This document shows, in pieces, positions 59,445 to 64,000 of a DNA stretch of 64,000 nt (position 1 is the stretch's first letter; each line of letters opens with the position of its first letter). The stretch is taken from positions 157,218 through 221,217 of IMG/VR virus record IMGVR_UViG_3300035181_000471; one strand, 5' to 3'. The position numbers and the translations under genes are program-made. The notes beneath the pieces are model-generated. The model did no database searches and was not told the origin of the DNA. It saw only the letters and a program-made list of their open reading frames with translations.

Positions 59445-60558
59445 TAACAATCTAAACTGGTCTGACTTAATCAAGTTAGCTCATGGCTTCGACATCGAAG
59501 CAGCGGCATCAGAGGCGAAGAAGAACGCTTTGGCAAAGAAGTATGACATGCCTCTTGAGGATGTTAATGCTTGCTCTGAAATTGACCCAACACCTAATGG
59601 TGAATATACCGAATGGCTATGTAAGGAACTGAAGCGTGATGAGTTGGGGTTTGATCGTATCCCAGCCCATGACATCACAACGCATCTAGTCATATTCAGC
59701 AGGCTAAAGAACTCCCCAGAATTCAGGAATGCTTGCGCTAAGCACATCTATTCAATGGATATCAACAAGTATGACTTGTCCGAGTTTCTGGTGAAGATGA
59801 AAGAAGCAGAGAGCTTAGTGAGTAAAAATCAGAGGATAAAAAATGTCCTGACCAAAAGCCTACTATGGTCCGGTGAGTTTGAAGGGCATAAGATCGAGGT
59901 ATTCAAATTTGAGTCCAATGAGGAAGCTTACGCTCTTATCTCTGGTGGCCCTAGCCTGAGTCGTCATTTTAACCCCTCTCCACAAACTTCCTGGTGTACC
60001 ACCCAAGAAGATACCGCCAGGGACTACCTAGAGGAAGGTGACGCCTACATCATCCGTGTGGACGGCAAGAACTATTGCAACCTCCATGAAGGTTCCTCAC
60101 AATGTATGGATAGTGCAAACCGCTCTTTCGCTACTAACCGCGTGATCAAAGACCCCATCGTAGAATTCGCCATAGAGGAGGCCAAGATCCATCTGGAATA
60201 CTTCAAGACCAGCAATGGCAATGTGCCAGAATGCTCTGAATGTCATGAAGCCCTTGGAGGTAAAGTTTATCTCGATACCAGGGAGGCATACGGGGAGGAA
60301 AAATTCCTATGCCAGAGATGCTTTGAGACCCTTTGGGTTAAAGACATTCAAGCATTCATCAGGGATCTCCCATCAGAGTACTTCGTTGAGCCTAAGACTT
60401 ACGAAAACGAGTATAAATGGATTCAGGCTCTATGGGAGCTAGACGGCAAGGAGCCAGGGGGACGCAATTTTTGGAATCCTGAGGATGTCAAGCAAGCACT
60501 AGAGCAGATGGGTGTGTATAGCGAAGCCATTTACACCGGACCAATAACCACAGAGTAG
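59437..60558 (+). CDS. DPT/WCT-family protein with one zinc ribbon
   Basis: IDPTPNGEYTEWL...DINKY...TSWCTT...ARDYLEEG; CSEC...CQRC. Confidence 0.7.
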   Translation: MSSNNLNWSDLIKLAHGFDIEAAASEAKKNALAKKYDMPLEDVNACSEIDPTPNGEYTEWLCKELKRDELGFDRIPAHDITTHLVIFSRLKNSPEFRNACAKHIYSMDINKYDLSEFLVKMKEAESLVSKNQRIKNVLTKSLLWSGEFEGHKIEVFKFESNEEAYALISGGPSLSRHFNPSPQTSWCTTQEDTARDYLEEGDAYIIRVDGKNYCNLHEGSSQCMDSANRSFATNRVIKDPIVEFAIEEAKIHLEYFKTSNGNVPECSECHEALGGKVYLDTREAYGEEKFLCQRCFETLWVKDIQAFIRDLPSEYFVEPKTYENEYKWIQALWELDGKEPGGRNFWNPEDVKQALEQMGVYSEAIYTGPITTE

Positions 60559-60571
60559 GTCCAACGATTTT

Positions 60572-61264
60572 CTACTTGATCTCTATAGCACCGACTGGTT
60601 TGTTCGTGGCGCATGATTGCATTAGCTGGCTTATGTAGCTAGCTCTCGTTTGCCCTGCCTGCTTCCACTTCAAGATTTTCGTGACTGGGGTATTGGCATA
60701 ATGAGCTAGATTAGGAAACTGATCCAATATGTCGTAAGCCACAGGTGCAGGCATGTCGTGGATCATTTCTTTGTCAGTCATGTCAGGATAACGGTCAATG
60801 TAGTCATTGATCCAATCCACGGACTCTGGTTTCAAGTAAGAGTATTCCCCAGACTGTAGCATATCGCTTAGGTGGTCTTCATCAATTTCGATATTGGCGG
60901 TCAGGTTGCGGCCATCCACAACAGCAACGAATAGAGCGGGTGGAATTTGATCTTTTTGACTATCGAAGACCAGATCTTCTTGACTATCGAAGACCAGATC
61001 TAGTGGAGCGGCTCTGTCTCCAGCGTAGCCTAGAGCCATAGCTAGATTAATGGTGAGGTAGACGGCCTCTTGAGGTTGCAAGGAAGCTCCCCATCTCTCC
61101 CCACGCTTAGGATCAATCGTGAGCCCTTCAGCTAGGATCTTCCTGGCTAGGTCATCATGGCAGTTCGCAATGCCGTGGTAATAGGTTTCCGCCTTATGGA
61201 TGTCCATTGGTGGGGGAGTGGCTCTGCGGTTTAATCTGGCCTTCATGGTTAGGAGCTTGGACAT
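60572..61264 (-). CDS. ADP-ribosyltransferase-fold (HG...VYLT...A..YA) protein
   Basis: YYHG...KILAEGL...AVYLTINLAMALGYA. Likely start MSKLL at 61264, after GAGG and a late motif. Confidence 0.55.
   Translation of the reverse strand: MSKLLTMKARLNRRATPPPMDIHKAETYYHGIANCHDDLARKILAEGLTIDPKRGERWGASLQPQEAVYLTINLAMALGYAGDRAAPLDLVFDSQEDLVFDSQKDQIPPALFVAVVDGRNLTANIEIDEDHLSDMLQSGEYSYLKPESVDWINDYIDRYPDMTDKEMIHDMPAPVAYDILDQFPNLAHYANTPVTKILKWKQAGQTRASYISQLMQSCATNKPVGAIEIK
60956..61001. repeat. 24-nt-period in-frame tandem duplication (DLVFDSQ x2)
   Basis: TTGACTATCGAAGACCAGATCT occurs twice. Confidence 0.85.
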
Positions 61265-61299
61265 AGTGTGCCTCATATAAGGGAGGGGAAGTTCATGAC

Positions 61300-61630
61300 C
61301 TTTAAAATGCATAGATTGAAATCCCCAGGAAAAATTTTCAAATTTTTTTTGACCCTACTTTGTTTCAAGGTGTGAAAGATTTTGACCTTTTATTCAGGGG
61401 GGGGGGGGTATAACTGATTAGGAATACTTAAAATGCATAGATTGAAAATTGGTTTTGAATAAGGACATTTAACGACCCACCCCCACCCCCTCCAAAAAGT
61501 CAAGCCTTTTTTCACAATCGACCTCTTTTTTTGACCATAGTCACAAGTGGCCCTAAAAAATTTCTAAATTTTTGTTGACCTCAGTATACTCACTCCTCCA
61601 AATATTTTCACCTTCAACTTCGTTGACCTT
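61300..61630. other. non-coding junction with direct repeats, A/T tracts and G/C runs (possible terminus, pac site or origin)
   Basis: TTAAAATGCATAGATTGAAA at 61302 and 61428; G12 at 61397-61408; C-rich tract at 61476-61493; several TTGACC copies. Confidence 0.45.
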
Positions 61631-61712
61631 GAGATCCGTTGACATTGTGATCGCCTGCATTATGGTTGGCTGGAACTTTCTAGTATGATCCTGGAGATCC
61701 CCCAGTATAATA
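61608..61712 (+). promoter_or_regulatory. repeated early promoter/operator module, copy 1
   Basis: TCCGTTGACATTGTGATCGCCTGCATTATG ... GATCCCCCAGTATAAT upstream of ORF 61732. Confidence 0.6.
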
Positions 61713-61731
61713 GGAGTGGAGGGATATACCT

Positions 61732-61860
61732 ATGCCTACTAAGCCAGGGTCCACCTATAAGCCATTGACCGATAAAGAATTGGCTAAGCTCTTGAAGCAG
61801 GAGCAGAAGGATGCCAGTCGTTGCAACAAGGCCATGCGTAGGCGGGAGCGGGAGAAGTAG
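61732..61860 (+). CDS. small basic hypothetical protein (42 aa, not in ORF track)
   Basis: GGAGG RBS; MPTKPGSTYKPLTDKELAKLLKQEQKDASRCNKAMRRREREK*. Confidence 0.6.
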   Translation: MPTKPGSTYKPLTDKELAKLLKQEQKDASRCNKAMRRREREK

Positions 61861-62045
61861 TGTCTAGCCACGAAAGACGAACCCGCATCAACTGGCTACT
61901 CGATAACCGTTGGGATAGGCGTGTCCCTGGTAATGATCGTAGACAAGAACAGAATCCACTTATGCGATACCTAAAGATGCCAGTAGGGATTATCCTGAGG
62001 CGACATCTTGATATGTTCTTGTATTGGTATAAGCATCTAGCCTAA
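61860..62045 (+). CDS. small hypothetical protein (Arg-rich, DRR repeats)
   Basis: GTG start overlapping the previous stop; 61 aa. Confidence 0.45.
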   Translation: MSSHERRTRINWLLDNRWDRRVPGNDRRQEQNPLMRYLKMPVGIILRRHLDMFLYWYKHLA

Positions 62046-62047
62046 GG

Positions 62048-62138
62048 TCACCTTCAACTCCGTTGACATTGTGATCGCCTGCATTATGCCACAATCTTTC
62101 AATCCCCTGGTGTGATCCTAGTGATCCCCAGTATAATA
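62048..62138 (+). promoter_or_regulatory. repeated early promoter/operator module, copy 2
   Basis: Identical 30-mer at 62059-62088 and GATCCCCAGTATAAT upstream of ORF 62156. Confidence 0.6.
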
Positions 62139-62155
62139 TGGTGAAGGGAATATCT

Positions 62156-62308
62156 ATGCGTCCAGCTACACTCGTCTACTTCCTTGGCGTCCTACTCCTA
62201 GGTCTGGGTATCGCCACAGCCGCTAAGGAACTCGCCGCCATCCCTATCACTGTAGGTATTGGCTGTATCATCGCCGCCTTGTTCAAGCATTTTGAGAGGG
62301 CTAACTAA
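62156..62308 (+). CDS. small two-TM membrane protein (50 aa, not in ORF track)
   Basis: MRPATLVYFLGVLLLGLGIATAAKELAAIPITVGIGCIIAALFKHFERAN*. Confidence 0.6.
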   Translation: MRPATLVYFLGVLLLGLGIATAAKELAAIPITVGIGCIIAALFKHFERAN

Positions 62309-62397
62309 TGAAACCTGTATCCGAATGGCAGAAGGGATTCTATGCGGGGCTTGGTATATGGGCCTTGTCTATCCTGCTATCATGGCTGGGGAGGTAA
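62308..62397 (+). CDS. small one-TM peptide (29 aa, not in ORF track)
   Basis: TAATG coupling; MKPVSEWQKGFYAGLGIWALSILLSWLGR*. Confidence 0.55.
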   Translation: MKPVSEWQKGFYAGLGIWALSILLSWLGR

Positions 62398-62398
62398 C

Positions 62399-62590
62399 AT
62401 GGACACTAATGATACTGTATTCGTAAAGGTTCTAGCCAAGACGCTTGGAGAAGAGGCTACCAAGGAGCTTAAGCAGAGTGTAGATTTTGCTAAGCAAAAG
62501 GACTTTTCAGAGGCTAATTATCACGCCGGTATAGCTCTAGGATTGACGAGAGCTAATGATTTGATGACTGAGTTGTTCGTGAGACAATAG
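62399..62590 (+). CDS. small hypothetical protein
   Basis: A GGAGGT RBS favours the start at 62399 (MDTND...) over 62342. Confidence 0.6.
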   Translation: MDTNDTVFVKVLAKTLGEEATKELKQSVDFAKQKDFSEANYHAGIALGLTRANDLMTELFVRQ

Positions 62591-62599
62591 GAGATACGC

Positions 62600-62788
62600 A
62601 TGAGATGGATTAAAAAACCACAAGCAAAGCTAGGTGATACGCGTACCCTTTGTCGATTCCTATGGACCCCAAAGACCATCGGCCTAGAGGTTAGATGGCT
62701 AGAGAAGGCTACATGGAAAGAGATGTATGCCCGGAACCCTCTAACCGGGGCTACATACTGGAAGCCTTTCGATTGGGTCTTGTATTAG
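62600..62788 (+). CDS. small Trp-rich hypothetical phage protein
   Basis: AGGAG RBS; MRW...GDTR....FLWTPKTI..EVRWLE. Confidence 0.65.
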   Translation: MRWIKKPQAKLGDTRTLCRFLWTPKTIGLEVRWLEKATWKEMYARNPLTGATYWKPFDWVLY

Positions 62789-62836
62789 ACTTCTTAGATA
62801 CAGACACAAAGCCATACCCATACTAAGGAGCCTAAC

Positions 62837-63214
62837 ATGAGCCTATCCAATTTCCAGCTATACCTTCTACTGGAAGAACTAGACAAGAGGATGAAACCAC
62901 TCAAGGATGCTGTGGATAAACATCCCTCCTTGACTCAGATGGATATGCTACAAGCCGCTCATGATACTGGCAGGCTGATGGGTATACTACAGACTAAGGC
63001 TCTCATTACAGATATGATGAATGAGGCTGAGGACAAGAGGCGGATAGAACTAGAGAAGTTCAAGGAGAGTCATCAGGTATTAGATCCATGCGATGAACAA
63101 GTTCTTTCAAGTCATCCAACACCTCAAGCTCCTTGGGAATATGGTAACAGTGCATTCGATGAATCAGCTAAGATGACCACGGAGATGGATGACCACGGAG
63201 ATGGATGCTCATAG
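62837..63214 (+). CDS. hypothetical protein
   Basis: AAGGAG RBS; 125 aa. Confidence 0.65.
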   Translation: MSLSNFQLYLLLEELDKRMKPLKDAVDKHPSLTQMDMLQAAHDTGRLMGILQTKALITDMMNEAEDKRRIELEKFKESHQVLDPCDEQVLSSHPTPQAPWEYGNSAFDESAKMTTEMDDHGDGCS

Positions 63215-63417
63215 CAGACCAGGAGAGGGTGCCTTAGACCATTTTAATAGGTTGAAGAGGATGAATGACTGGCAACGGCGATAGCAAATAGCGCCTAGCA
63301 TATCTCGGGAAGCAAGTCAAGCGAAGCTTAAGGTGCCTAGCAAATTTGTTAAAAGGTGTTCATCCATACCATACATCATTTCAATATGCAAGTGAAATCG
63401 TTGCAGACTGGCTTGCA

Positions 63418-63521
63418 ACATTGTGATCGCCTGCACTTTGAGGATATTACAAATGGAATGTGGATGATTTTCCCTAGGTGGGAATGCAATTATTTGTGAT
63501 CGCTTGCATTTTGAGGATATT
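63418..63521 (+). repeat. two further copies of the TTGTGATCGCYTGCA operator-like box
   Basis: TTGTGATCGCCTGCACTTTGAGGATATT at 63421 and TTGTGATCGCTTGCATTTTGAGGATATT at 63494. Confidence 0.8.
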
Positions 63522-63672
63522 CCAAGAACTGTTTTTTCATGGGGGTTTTGTGGGAGTGGAAAAAAGTGGGTGGGATCGGCCTAAAATGGACCAAAATCTA
63601 GTATCAAGAAACTGAATCGGCATCTCCGTTCCTGACAGTGCTAGTAGAAATGAATTCTAAAAGGAGCTACAC

Positions 63673-63906
63673 ATGGCAAGATACAGTCGAGAGATTTCAA
63701 TTGACGATTACCTAAAGCGTTTCCCTGATAGCCAGATTACTCGCACTCAACTTGAGGCAGGGTTGAAGTGGAAGCAGGCTGGTTTCCCCTGTAGAACCTG
63801 TGGGGAAAAGATCTGGGCGTATGGTTCTGCTGGTATAGGGGAAGCTTCCTGTTTCACTTGTCTTACTGGTGAAGCTGATGCCTCTGGGGATCTGGAGATT
63901 AAGTAA
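63673..63906 (+). CDS. small zinc-finger protein
   Basis: CRTCG...CFTC; AAGGAG RBS. Confidence 0.65.
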   Translation: MARYSREISIDDYLKRFPDSQITRTQLEAGLKWKQAGFPCRTCGEKIWAYGSAGIGEASCFTCLTGEADASGDLEIK

Positions 63907-64000
63907 TGAGTGAAGCATCCGACTACCTGAGAGAAGCTCTTGCTGACGATCCTAAGGGTCTGAAGGCTCTCAAGCATATAGAGGACCAACTCGATAGCTT
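63906..64000 (+). CDS. 3'-truncated hypothetical protein
   Basis: TAATG coupling; MSEASDYLREALADDPKGLKALKHIEDQLDS runs off the window edge. Confidence 0.5.
   Translation, partial: MSEASDYLREALADDPKGLKALKHIEDQLDS

Noticed and set aside
61645-61660. CRP site (TGTGA half-site)
   Set aside because: The second half-site TCACA is absent at the required spacing in all four copies.
61635-63521. CRISPR array from the 30-nt repeat
   Set aside because: Spacing is irregular (73 to about 1350 nt), genes lie between copies, and no cas genes are present.
58638-63630. GGCATCTCCGT shared between two intergenic regions (about 58638 and 63619)
   Set aside because: Only two copies of an 11-mer, which could be chance without more instances.
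1-64000. Stop-codon reassignment, as seen in some jumbo phages
   Set aside because: Code-11 ORFs are long and tile the window densely, and both TAG and TGA end plausible genes.

Overview
This window is 64 kb of a large (jumbo-type) contractile-tailed bacteriophage genome in the standard genetic code. It covers the late/structural region and the start of a region of small, probably early, genes. Recognisable genes: tail sheath (431-4321), tail tube (6228-6908), prohead protease (7880-8743), scaffold (8824-10116), head decoration protein (10313-10807), HK97-fold major capsid protein (10823-11728, resembling from memory the Bxz1/cluster C mycobacteriophage type), very large Ig-rich fibre and baseplate genes (27178-49718), and two free-standing homing-endonuclease-like genes. 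I saw no portal, terminase, tape measure, tRNA or CRISPR array. Main observations: (1) About 15 non-shell late proteins are segmented by K-x-A(S/A/G) motifs. They look like prohead-protease-processed, capsid-packaged polyproteins; their segments include a sigma-factor-like domain, an ADP-ribosyltransferase-like enzyme and a four-member DPT...WCT paralogue family. (2) One ~70-aa beta module is inserted into four different virion proteins. (3) A fibre protein ends in a GGGGG|C...HN|A Hint domain. (4) ACGT appears to be absent and CTA is the dominant Leu codon. (5) There is a recurring candidate late promoter, repeated early promoter/operator modules, and an A-tract/G12 non-coding junction that may be a terminus, pac site or origin. 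All functional calls come from reading motifs by eye; no database search was run.
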